A stretch of DNA of 64,000 nt, taken from Candidatus Omnitrophota bacterium (lineage in GTDB: Bacteria > Omnitrophota > Gorgyraeia > Gygaellales > Profunditerraquicolaceae). The notes beneath the pieces are model-generated. The model searched no databases. It had not been told where the DNA came from and worked only from the letters and a program-made list of their open reading frames with translations. The stretch spans positions 9,155 through 73,154 of the forward strand of contig JALOQJ010000001.1 of NCBI GenBank assembly GCA_025453445.1, read 5' to 3'. Shown here in pieces: positions 1 through 7,446 of the stretch (positions are counted from its first letter, which is position 1; each line of letters opens with the position of its first letter). The position numbers and the translations under genes were made by a program.

Positions 1-432
1 GAAATTTTTGTAATCACAAAGAAAAAATTCACCGCCCCAAAGAGTATTATCTGTGCCCAAGCCCGTGCCGTCAAAAGCTACTCCGATTACTTTTTGATTT
101 TTCAGGCCATTATCAATCATACAAGAAACAATGTGGCTATGGTGATGCTGAGTAGGCAGTAGATAGTAGGTAGTAGGTAGGGATAAAGCGTATTTGGTAG
201 ACTGATATTCCGAGTGTAAGTCATGGGCGATAATTTTAGGATGTTTACGCAGAAAATATTTTACGTCCTTTTCAAAGCTGAAAAAGTCAGCCGGATTGCT
301 TAAATCCGAATGCAGCCCGCTTAAATAAGCAAACTCGCCCCGCAGGAAACAGACGGTATTCTTAGTCTGACTACCAACACTCAAAATTGCCTTTTTCGCC
401 TTAAAGGGTAATTTAATTTTTTTTAGCTGCAT
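1..432 (-). CDS. Carbamoyltransferase Kae1-like domain protein (HypF C-terminal domain-like), partial. The gene starts at ATG 432-430 and its C-terminus lies beyond the window.
   Basis: Manual reverse-strand translation (not in the ORF track because it is truncated by the window edge): MQLKKIKLPFKAKKAILSVGSQTKNTVCFLRGEFAYLSG...IIAHDLHSEYQSTKYA...VQHHHSHIVSCM...VIGVAFDGTGLGTDNTLWGGEFF. This matches the HypF Kae1-like domain signatures KNTFCL, IAHDLHPxYxST, QHHHAH and DGTGxGxDGxxWGGE. Confidence 0.55.
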   Translation of the reverse strand, partial: MQLKKIKLPFKAKKAILSVGSQTKNTVCFLRGEFAYLSGLHSDLSNPADFFSFEKDVKYFLRKHPKIIAHDLHSEYQSTKYALSLPTTYYLLPTQHHHSHIVSCMIDNGLKNQKVIGVAFDGTGLGTDNTLWGGEFFLCDYKNF

Positions 433-1165
433 ATAAAAGCTCACAATATTTCTTGCGCAATAATTGCGTCATTGAACCTGCGCCTCTGCCGATTCGGATT
501 TTATTCACCTTTTTAAGAGGCATTATCCCAATAAGAGAGTTGGTCACAAATGCCTCGTCTGCATCGAATAAATCATAAATGGTAAAATTTCCTTCCTTGA
601 TTTTAATTTTATGCTTTTTAGCCAAATCCGATACTGCCATTCTGGTAATCCCGTTTAAGCAGCCGCATTTTAAAGAAGGAGTAAATAAAACTTTATCTTT
701 TACAAAAAAAACGTTAGTCTTCGAGCCTTCGGCAAGCAGGCCGCGGCTATTGAGTATAATCGCTTCGTCAAACCCCCGGGCCTTTGCCTCATGAAAACTT
801 AATTCATACAAAAGCCGCTCAGTAGTTTTAATCCCAGATAAGGCATTACATTCATCCTTCCAAAAATTAGAAACCAATCCGGAAAAACCTTCTCTGTATT
901 TTTGGGCAGTTAAAGGCTGGTATTTTTTTACTTCCAGCGTTAAACGAGCAGCAATGCTTGATTTCAATAACGTCAATTTGATATATACGTCCTTAAAGCG
1001 CGTATTGCGCAGCGCGGTTTGTATCATTTTTTTTAGCCGCAGCAGGGAATGTGGGTTTTTTATTTTAATCGCCTTAGCAGCACTAGTGATCCTTTTGATG
1101 TGCTCATTCAGATAAACTATCTTTTTATTATGCGCGCGCATCGTCTCAAATATTCCGGACATCAA
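413..1165 (-). CDS. pabC: Aminodeoxychorismate lyase / class IV (branched-chain or D-amino-acid) aminotransferase fold protein
   Basis: 250 aa with a class IV aminotransferase-like C-terminus (EAFVTNSLIGIMPL). Overlaps and is co-directional with pabB. Confidence 0.6.
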   Translation of the reverse strand: MMSGIFETMRAHNKKIVYLNEHIKRITSAAKAIKIKNPHSLLRLKKMIQTALRNTRFKDVYIKLTLLKSSIAARLTLEVKKYQPLTAQKYREGFSGLVSNFWKDECNALSGIKTTERLLYELSFHEAKARGFDEAIILNSRGLLAEGSKTNVFFVKDKVLFTPSLKCGCLNGITRMAVSDLAKKHKIKIKEGNFTIYDLFDADEAFVTNSLIGIMPLKKVNKIRIGRGAGSMTQLLRKKYCELLYAAKKN

Positions 1166-2477
1166 TCGCCTCCTTTATGCCTTTGGCTTTTACTAAAGTC
1201 TCTTCGTATTCCTGCGCAGGATCCGAATCCGCAACAATGCCTGCGCCTACCCAGAAATAAACTTGTTTATTTTTCTTGAGGATCGTGCGAATTAGAATAT
1301 TAAAATCCATATTTCCGGAAAAACTCAAATACCCCAAAGCTCCGGTATAAATCGAGCGCGGCAGAGGCTCCAATTCTTTGATAATTTCCATAGCGCGGAT
1401 TTTTGGGCAGCCGGTAATTGAACCTCCGGGAAAACACGCCTGCAATAAATCAATCCTGTTTTTATCTTTATGCAACCTGCCTTCTACCGTGGCAGTAGTC
1501 TGATACACCGTACTATAAGTTTCTAATGTGCGCGGGGCAGTGACTTTGATGGAATCATATTCGCAGACTTTTCCTAAATCATTTCTTTCCAAATCCACGA
1601 TCATCACCAATTCTGCCTTGTCTTTGGCGCTTTTAAGCAGTTCTTTTTTCAGCCGTGTATCGTGTTTTTTATTTTTGCTGCGCGGCCGGGTGCCTTTCAT
1701 CGGCCGAGTGGTCACTTTATCTTCTGTAACGCTTAAAAATCTTTCCGGAGACGAACTGATTATCTCAAAATCTTCTGAGCTAAAATAAGCGCTGAAAGGC
1801 GCTGGGCTGGTTTTACGCAGGCGCTGATAAATTTGTGCGCCGGATAAATTACTGATGCCCTCAAAACGCTGAGATAAATTAACCTGATAAATATCTCCCT
1901 GACGAATATACTCTTTGGCTCTTTTTACTGCTGCGATATATTCGGCCTTGCCAAAATTTGACCTAAGCCCTACGTTCCCTCGAGAACACTCATTCTGCGG
2001 AGTAATTTTTGTGCTGGCTGAGTCGGATACCTGCTGCAATAATTTCTTAAAATTGGTTTCTGCCAAAGCCTTGCTAAGATGATGTTTTTTCTCCGGAAAA
2101 CCAGAGGCAAAAAGATAAAGTAATTTTTTATGCTGATCAACAATCAGGCAGCTGTTATAAAGCCCAAACCCGCAATCCGGCACAGCTAAGCCGGAATCAT
2201 AAGCTAAATACCCCACTGCCCCTCCTAAAAAAGGCGGGCAATCGCCGGAAAGAGTAATTTTGTATTGCTGCAGCGCCTCTCTGAGTTTTTTAAACTGCTC
2301 ATCGCCTTTGCTTTTTATTTTTAAAAACGGCTCAAATCCCAGAAAGGAATACCTGCCAATACCCTGATCATTCAGGCCTGAGTCAAGAAAGAAACAATCC
2401 TTCTTTTGGCTTAAGCATGCAAAAAGCTGCAAAGGATCGCTTTTTAATTTATATGATTTCAAGATGTAATATGCCAT
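1146..2477 (-). CDS. pabB: Aminodeoxychorismate (or anthranilate) synthase component I
   Basis: 443 aa chorismate-binding enzyme with motifs MVIVDLERNDLGKV and GGSITGCPKIRAMEII. Confidence 0.75.
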   Translation of the reverse strand: MAYYILKSYKLKSDPLQLFACLSQKKDCFFLDSGLNDQGIGRYSFLGFEPFLKIKSKGDEQFKKLREALQQYKITLSGDCPPFLGGAVGYLAYDSGLAVPDCGFGLYNSCLIVDQHKKLLYLFASGFPEKKHHLSKALAETNFKKLLQQVSDSASTKITPQNECSRGNVGLRSNFGKAEYIAAVKRAKEYIRQGDIYQVNLSQRFEGISNLSGAQIYQRLRKTSPAPFSAYFSSEDFEIISSSPERFLSVTEDKVTTRPMKGTRPRSKNKKHDTRLKKELLKSAKDKAELVMIVDLERNDLGKVCEYDSIKVTAPRTLETYSTVYQTTATVEGRLHKDKNRIDLLQACFPGGSITGCPKIRAMEIIKELEPLPRSIYTGALGYLSFSGNMDFNILIRTILKKNKQVYFWVGAGIVADSDPAQEYEETLVKAKGIKEAIDVRNI

Positions 2478-3273
2478 CTATCCTAAAAGTACGCTCCTCA
2501 TTGCGTAAAGAACAAAACCCTACTAAATACAAATTGCGGCCGTTTTCCTGCTTGATCTGGCCGGGAACCACCTCTCTTTCAGATACCTCAGCTCCGGCAG
2601 AAGACAAATACCTGATTTTTAATTTTGCCCGCAAATCAATTGCTTTCTGAATTTGGTTTATTTTTTGCGCATGGATACTATCTAAAAAAAGCGGATCAAT
2701 CGCAAAAAGGCCGGAAAAATTATGAAAATCAATGATCCCTTTTGCCTCTAAGATATCTTTGAGCCGGTAGAATACATCTAAAGTCATCTCTACATCGGAA
2801 AACGCCCTGTGCTCCTGCTGTTGACGGACACCCAACCTATTTGCCACAAACCACAGCGCGTAACGCTGCATACCCGGCAAAAGCCGCTTTGCCATTTTTA
2901 AAATATCTGCAACAACAATGCCTTCCAGCTCGCCCTTACCAAGAAGCTTCAATTCATTGTTCAAGAAACCCATATCAAATCCGGCATTATATGAGCACAA
3001 ACAGCTGCCTTGTATAAAATCCAAGAATTTCGGAATTACTTCTTCCATTTCCGGCGCGTTTTCAAGCATTTCAGGTGTAATATTGTTTACCCTGAATGCT
3101 GCTTCAGAAATCGCACGCTTAGGATTTACTAAACTTTGGAATAAGGCGATTTTCTGCCTGCCTTTGAATCGTATTGCGGCAATTTCCACAATCCGATCCC
3201 CAGCCCTCGGCTCTAAGCCTGTCGTCTCCGTATCAAAAATTACAAATTCAACTTCATTAATGTCTATATTCAT
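2449..3273 (-). CDS. DEDDh 3'-5' exonuclease (DNA polymerase III epsilon-like) with a C-terminal WYL-like domain
   Basis: N-terminal FVIFDTETTGL Exo I motif and YNAGFDMGFL Exo II. The C-terminus LYLVGFCSLRNEERTFRIDGI resembles a WYL-domain core. Confidence 0.7.
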   Translation of the reverse strand: MNIDINEVEFVIFDTETTGLEPRAGDRIVEIAAIRFKGRQKIALFQSLVNPKRAISEAAFRVNNITPEMLENAPEMEEVIPKFLDFIQGSCLCSYNAGFDMGFLNNELKLLGKGELEGIVVADILKMAKRLLPGMQRYALWFVANRLGVRQQQEHRAFSDVEMTLDVFYRLKDILEAKGIIDFHNFSGLFAIDPLFLDSIHAQKINQIQKAIDLRAKLKIRYLSSAGAEVSEREVVPGQIKQENGRNLYLVGFCSLRNEERTFRIDGILHLEII

Positions 3274-3365
3274 TAGTTAAATTTCCTGTTAGATTCCAGC
3301 CTTTTATGCGTCTATTATAGTCAAAAGGAGGTGAAGATTAAAGTATTAATATTAAATAACTTACA

Positions 3366-3396
3366 AACTTGAGGTCACAATTTGTGACCTCAAGTT
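3366..3396. promoter_or_regulatory. Perfect 13-14 bp-arm palindrome (operator-like) located 23 bp upstream of the ORF6N gene
   Basis: AACTTGAGGTCACAA-T-TTGTGACCTCAAGTT, immediately before the SD AAAGGAG and ATG 3419. Confidence 0.4.
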
Positions 3397-3418
3397 ATGG
3401 CAACAAAAGGAGAAAAAT

Positions 3419-3931
3419 ATGAAAGAGCTGGTACCTTTAGAAAAAATTGAACAAAAGATATTTTTCATCAGAAACCAGAAGGTTATGTTAGACAAAGACT
3501 TAGCTGAGTTATTTGGCGTTCCGACAAAACAATTGAATCGCCAAGTAAAACGCAATATTGAACGGTTCCCTCGGGAATTTATGTTCCAACTCACTCGTCA
3601 AGAAAGAGATGAACTGGTGCCAAATTGGCACCAGTTTAAAACAATGAAGCATTCCTCTACTATGCCTTATGCTTTCACAGAACACGGAGTAGCTATGCTT
3701 GCTACTGTTTTGAATAGTGCAAATGCGATAAAAATGAGCATAATTATTATTAAAACTTTTGTCAAATTGCGGGAGATAATTTCGACCCACAAAGAGCTAA
3801 CGCAAAAATTAGAAGCGCTGGAGCGAAAAGTCGATAAGCATGACGTCGAAATTCAGGCAATCTTTGAAGCTATAAAACAACTTGCTATGCCTCCTGAGCC
3901 ACCCAAGCGTTCAATCGGGTTTCATACGTGA
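3419..3931 (+). CDS. ORF6N-domain (KilA-N/antirepressor-like) DNA-binding protein
   Basis: The N-terminus IRNQKVMLDKDLAELFGVPTKQLNRQVKRNIERFPREFMFQLTRQE is the characteristic ORF6N domain signature. The C-terminus is a coiled coil. This is the only plus-strand gene in the left arm. Confidence 0.7.
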   Translation: MKELVPLEKIEQKIFFIRNQKVMLDKDLAELFGVPTKQLNRQVKRNIERFPREFMFQLTRQERDELVPNWHQFKTMKHSSTMPYAFTEHGVAMLATVLNSANAIKMSIIIIKTFVKLREIISTHKELTQKLEALERKVDKHDVEIQAIFEAIKQLAMPPEPPKRSIGFHT

Positions 3932-3961
3932 TTTTTCACGTTCTTTATTATTCCCCGCTCA

Positions 3962-4003
3962 AGCTGTAGGGGAGGTTTAAACCTCCCCTACAGCTGTGGA
4001 TAA
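3962..4003. repeat. GTTTAAAC-centred palindrome (17 bp arms) followed by TGTGGATAA; copy a of a 4-member family. Probable bidirectional terminator between convergent genes.
   Basis: AGCTGTAGGGGAGGTTT|AAACCTCCCCTACAGCT followed by GTGGATAAC. Confidence 0.55.
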
Positions 4004-4032
4004 CTCTACTCCACTAAAAATATAGCCATTTC

Positions 4033-4647
4033 CTACCTTAACTCTTTCATTTTCGGTACAACATTAATGAGATCGCTAGAAGCAGCAAAATTTAGTAATT
4101 TAATTAAATCTGTATCATCGTAATCATCTGGATGATATAGAAAACTCTCCTTAAAGATATTTTTATAAAGTCCGCATAATAAACCAAATAAATATTTTAG
4201 CCCTTCACTTAATTCCCTACCTTTTATATCTGCTTCTTGCCAAATTTTATGGTGATCTAAGATACCATTTTTATCTAAATGAAAGTGTGTTTTGTCACGA
4301 ACGTGTTTTAGTTTCACTGCCAAGCTTTGCAAAGAATATATTTTTTCCTCTGAATAATCCTTTAAATTTTTTAAGACCAGCGTATCGGTTTTTAGGATAT
4401 ACCAAAAAGTAGAAGAATCTCCGCATTTATCAAGCTCGAGCACTTTAATAGCGTGACTTACCATATCGTTAAATAAAGCTTTTTGAGATATAGAAAAGTA
4501 GCTTTCACCATGAACATAGATTTCATTCTCATCGGTATATCGATCCCATGCCGTTAAGGCCTTTAATTCTAATAATGCGTGAGCAAGTTCGAAGAGATTT
4601 CTTTTTATGGCCGTATTATATCTAATACCATTCGCCAAATTTACCAC
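4033..4647 (-). CDS. Hypothetical protein, possibly HEPN-like (carries an Rx4-6H-type motif)
   Basis: 204 aa with no recognisable family. Contains HVRDKTHFH. Convergent with the ORF6N gene. Confidence 0.45.
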   Translation of the reverse strand: MVNLANGIRYNTAIKRNLFELAHALLELKALTAWDRYTDENEIYVHGESYFSISQKALFNDMVSHAIKVLELDKCGDSSTFWYILKTDTLVLKNLKDYSEEKIYSLQSLAVKLKHVRDKTHFHLDKNGILDHHKIWQEADIKGRELSEGLKYLFGLLCGLYKNIFKESFLYHPDDYDDTDLIKLLNFAASSDLINVVPKMKELR

Positions 4648-4689
4648 CTTTTAATTCTTTCCATGTATTAAATGAATCTGGCGCGTTTT

Positions 4690-4900
4690 CGAGCGAATGT
4701 CGATTTTGCCCCGCCTATGGCGGGGCAAAATCGACTCTGAGCGAGAAAATGCGACAGATTCATAGATAGCGTCCGCGCGAGAAACTGAACAAGGCACACG
4801 CAAAACAGTTATGCCTCGGCAGAACCCGCGGTCAATTTAATCGCTGCAAACGTTCCCGCAAAAATACAGACAAGGCACACGCGAAACTGCTATGCCTTTC
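4690..4900. repeat. MITE-like GC-rich repeat, locus A. A 17 bp-stem hairpin at 4699-4735 is followed by tandem R-modules.
   Basis: GTCGATTTTGCCCCGCC-TAT-GGCGGGGCAAAATCGAC. R-modules at 4768-4832 and 4845-4900 are about 85% identical to 63247-63316 and to the reverse complement of 59666-59712. The last module overlaps the final codons of the downstream gene. Confidence 0.6.
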
Positions 4901-5786
4901 TTTTTACAATGAACGCCGGAACAAACTTCACCGGATGATATGATAATTTAACGCGCTTGAGATTTTCCAGTCCTGAATCATCCATGATATTGATATATTT
5001 ATACTCGCTTAGCTCGCGGCAGAATTCGCGGAAGATAAATTGCGCTAAGCCTTTGATGCTTAAGTCGGTAATTTCATAAAGCACGCAGAAGGTATCATCA
5101 TTTAATTTGAATCCAAAAGTAAAACCTTTGAGCTCACCTTCAATTCTCACCAATCTGCCAAGGCAATTGAAATCCTGATAATTGTCGAGCAAAAGGCCTA
5201 AAGTCTTAAAACTGTCCTCGAGCATAAAACGATATGCATCGTCTTTGCTGTTTCCCCTGCGCTGCTCTGCCCATAATTTGTATAACTTAAGACAATCAGC
5301 TTTATCAAGCCTAGTAAACGGCGCGTATGCAAAATGGTAGTGCTTAGTAAAATAATTGAAGCTCGCCCGTTTTGATTTGAATTTATCGCTGCTTAATTCT
5401 GCCAGCTGACGCCTTGAACACAGATAATCCGATGATTTTTGTACACACTCTAGTCCTAAGCCGCGATAAAACTCCAAATCCTTTTCTTCAGCGTTTTCAA
5501 TCCGGGCAAATTCTTTATTGACGTTAAACTTATCTAAAATCTTAAAGCTCTCAGTTACAGCTTCAGAAGATATTTTCTTCCCAAGCGGCGACAGATATAA
5601 AAATGCCCCGATTTTATCCCGGAAAATAATGCAAAGATTGCCTGTAATCTCCAGCCAGCTGATTTCAAAGAGCCCTTTCCAGAGATAAATATTCTCCCAA
5701 GCATAAACCGACAACTCGTGGTTGTCGTAATGAAGATATTTGCTAAATCTTGATTTATCCTTTAAGGATAATTTATTTAATTTCAT
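4890..5786 (-). CDS. DUF2156-like protein (aminoacyl-phosphatidylglycerol synthase C-terminal domain fold)
   Basis: 298 aa with weak recognition of a LPG_synthase_C / GNAT-like fold. Confidence 0.45.
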   Translation of the reverse strand: MKLNKLSLKDKSRFSKYLHYDNHELSVYAWENIYLWKGLFEISWLEITGNLCIIFRDKIGAFLYLSPLGKKISSEAVTESFKILDKFNVNKEFARIENAEEKDLEFYRGLGLECVQKSSDYLCSRRQLAELSSDKFKSKRASFNYFTKHYHFAYAPFTRLDKADCLKLYKLWAEQRRGNSKDDAYRFMLEDSFKTLGLLLDNYQDFNCLGRLVRIEGELKGFTFGFKLNDDTFCVLYEITDLSIKGLAQFIFREFCRELSEYKYINIMDDSGLENLKRVKLSYHPVKFVPAFIVKRKA

Positions 5787-6282
5787 GCGGATCTTGTAAT
5801 TCCACCACGTCGAGGACTTCTTCGTATGCTTGAAGGATCTGCGGGTTGTCTTTTAAAACCTTTAACTGTTGGGGAGAATTTAAAAAGTCGGTTAAATACT
5901 GCACATAATCTTTGAATTCCTGACTGTTTGCTTTCTCAGCGACATATGGACAATTTAAATCAATAGTGAGGAGTATTTTTTTATCCCTGAAGGCAATAAG
6001 AAACGGATAGAGCTGGCATTCAAACGGCCGGGTTGCATAAATTTTACATTTATTATCTTCCAGGTTAAGAAACGGACAAACAAAACTTTTATTTCCTATA
6101 TCGGGAATCGGAATGATTTTTTTTTCTATTGAGATATTCACCGCGGGAATCCCCGGCCGGTCTGCTAATTCCAGCATTTCTTCTTCCAAAAGACAAGGCG
6201 ACCAGGCTGATTCCTGTTTTTGGAATCGGCAGCAGCCACGGCATTCCAAACAAGCACTCTCTGCAACAAACTGCTTGATCAC
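5773..6282 (-). CDS. YkgJ-family CxxCxxCC putative zinc/iron-chelating protein
   Basis: Has the CLECRGCC motif and additional Cys pairs; 169 aa. Confidence 0.6.
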   Translation of the reverse strand: MIKQFVAESACLECRGCCRFQKQESAWSPCLLEEEMLELADRPGIPAVNISIEKKIIPIPDIGNKSFVCPFLNLEDNKCKIYATRPFECQLYPFLIAFRDKKILLTIDLNCPYVAEKANSQEFKDYVQYLTDFLNSPQQLKVLKDNPQILQAYEEVLDVVELQDPHEIK

Positions 6283-6599
6283 TTCACAATGCTCCCAGGT
6301 TTTATTTCCCTTAACGGGCTGATAATCGCAAGCCCTGTTTCATCAGATGCCGCCAAAAGCATACCCTGACTTTCCACTCCGCGCAAAGTTGCCGGCTCCA
6401 AATTATCCACTACAATCACCTGCTTGCCGATTAATTCTTCTTTCTGATAAGCAAGCCTGATTCCTGCAACTAATTGCTTGGTTTTATCACCTAAGTCAAC
6501 TGTCACAATATATAACTTATCAGCATTAGGATGTTCTATAACTTCTTTGATTACAGCAACTTTAAGCTCTATTTTTCTGAAATCTTCAATGGTAATCAT
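6279..6599 (-). CDS. tRNA-binding domain protein (CsaA/Trbp111/MetRS C-terminal domain-like)
   Basis: 106 aa OB-fold protein. DLRVGKI-like motif (FRKIELKVAVIKEVIEHPNADKLYI) and ESQGMLLA. Confidence 0.7.
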   Translation of the reverse strand: MITIEDFRKIELKVAVIKEVIEHPNADKLYIVTVDLGDKTKQLVAGIRLAYQKEELIGKQVIVVDNLEPATLRGVESQGMLLAASDETGLAIISPLREIKPGSIVK

Positions 6600-6663
6600 G
6601 CGTATTTCCTCCTTATTATTATAATAATTATGATAACACGCTGGCAGCTAAAATACAAGGCGA

Positions 6664-6696
6664 AATAAAGAGGGACGGCTCAAAAGAACCGTCCCT
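6664..6696 (-). terminator. Rho-independent terminator downstream of the minus-strand tRNA pair
   Basis: 8 bp GC stem AGGGACGG/CCGTCCCT. On the minus strand it is followed by CTTTATTTCG. Confidence 0.5.
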
Positions 6697-6784
6697 TTAC
6701 GATATACGCTTGCTCCTCGCCTCTACCCTACAAATAATCGTAGGCTCGGAGTTAATTTCTGACCATAAAATAGCGGGAAATTAA

Positions 6785-6860
6785 CGGGGCCGACGAGATT
6801 TGAACTCGCGATCTTCGCCGTGACAGGGCGACGTGTTAGACCGGGCTACACCACGACCCC
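6785..6860 (-). tRNA. tRNA-Asp (anticodon GTC)
   Basis: Manual cloverleaf: acceptor GGGGUCG/CGGCCCC, anticodon loop CUGUCAC, T-loop UUCAAAU. Confidence 0.9.
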
Positions 6861-6914
6861 AAACATAAGGTGCTAATTGTAGACTAAATTCCTGCCTTTT
6901 GCAACAGATATTTA

Positions 6915-6991
6915 TGGTGGGCGGTAGAGGACTTGAACCCCTGACCTTCTGAATGTAAATCAGACGTTCTAACCAGCTGAACTAACCGCCC
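6915..6991 (-). tRNA. tRNA-Val (anticodon TAC), CCA encoded
   Basis: Manual cloverleaf: acceptor GGGCGGU/ACCGCCC, anticodon loop UUUACAU, 3' ACCA. Confidence 0.9.
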
Positions 6992-6997
6992 GAAAAA

Positions 6998-7438
6998 TTA
7001 AAACTTTCCCAACAACCCTAGGGTAAACGCCATCACAAAAAGTGCTACGGTTTCAATAATACCGATAACAACTATATAGTTACCAAAACCTTTCCCGGTT
7101 TCACCCATAGCATCGCAGGCACAGGCAGCAGCCTTGCCCTGCCAATAAGCGGATATCCCCATAGCTAAACCGGCAAAAGCGCCGATTCCCCATAAATATA
7201 AGCCTTTGTTGACGATTTCCATCATCCGGTTCATAACAATCATTCCGTAAACCGTCTGAGTCAACGGTGCACCGACAAAAGCCACTAACATAAAAGAGGC
7301 CGGCTTGTTTTGAATAAAATTTTTCTTCCATGCGCCAATAGCAGCCATTCCTGCCACACCGGCACCCGCGCCTGAACCTACTGCAGAAAGCGCCATCGCC
7401 ATAATTGCCCCTAAATCCTTTAATTGATCCAACATACT
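6998..7438 (-). CDS. atpK: V-type ATP synthase subunit K (proteolipid)
   Basis: Gly/Ala-rich TM hairpins. Start assigned to the internal Met, which is preceded by GGAGG. Confidence 0.8.
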   Translation of the reverse strand, partial: SMLDQLKDLGAIMAMALSAVGSGAGAGVAGMAAIGAWKKNFIQNKPASFMLVAFVGAPLTQTVYGMIVMNRMMEIVNKGLYLWGIGAFAGLAMGISAYWQGKAAACACDAMGETGKGFGNYIVVIGIIETVALFVMAFTLGLLGKF

Positions 7439-7446
7439 ATTCCTCC

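Noticed and set aside
579-794. Short plus-strand ORFs in the track lying antisense to the long minus-strand genes. Examples: 579-794, 1528-1788, 7101-7331, 10424-10642, 19290-19595, 25244-26020 and 33486-33890. This includes the 258-aa ORF antisense to pyrC.
   Set aside because: Each lies entirely inside a well-supported gene on the opposite strand. None has an SD or a family signature. They are typical shadow ORFs.
3996-4004. Isolated perfect DnaA boxes (TGTGGATAA at 3995-4003, TTATCCACA at 23347-23355), considered as evidence of a second origin
   Set aside because: These are single 9-mers far from dnaA and away from any strand switch. They are better explained as part of the palindrome-plus-9-mer repeat module.
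4690-4900. Possible CRISPR array suggested by repeated GC-rich units
   Set aside because: The units are about 55-65 bp, directly abutting or irregularly spaced. They carry no unique spacers of uniform length and there are no cas genes. They behave as MITE/REP-like modules.
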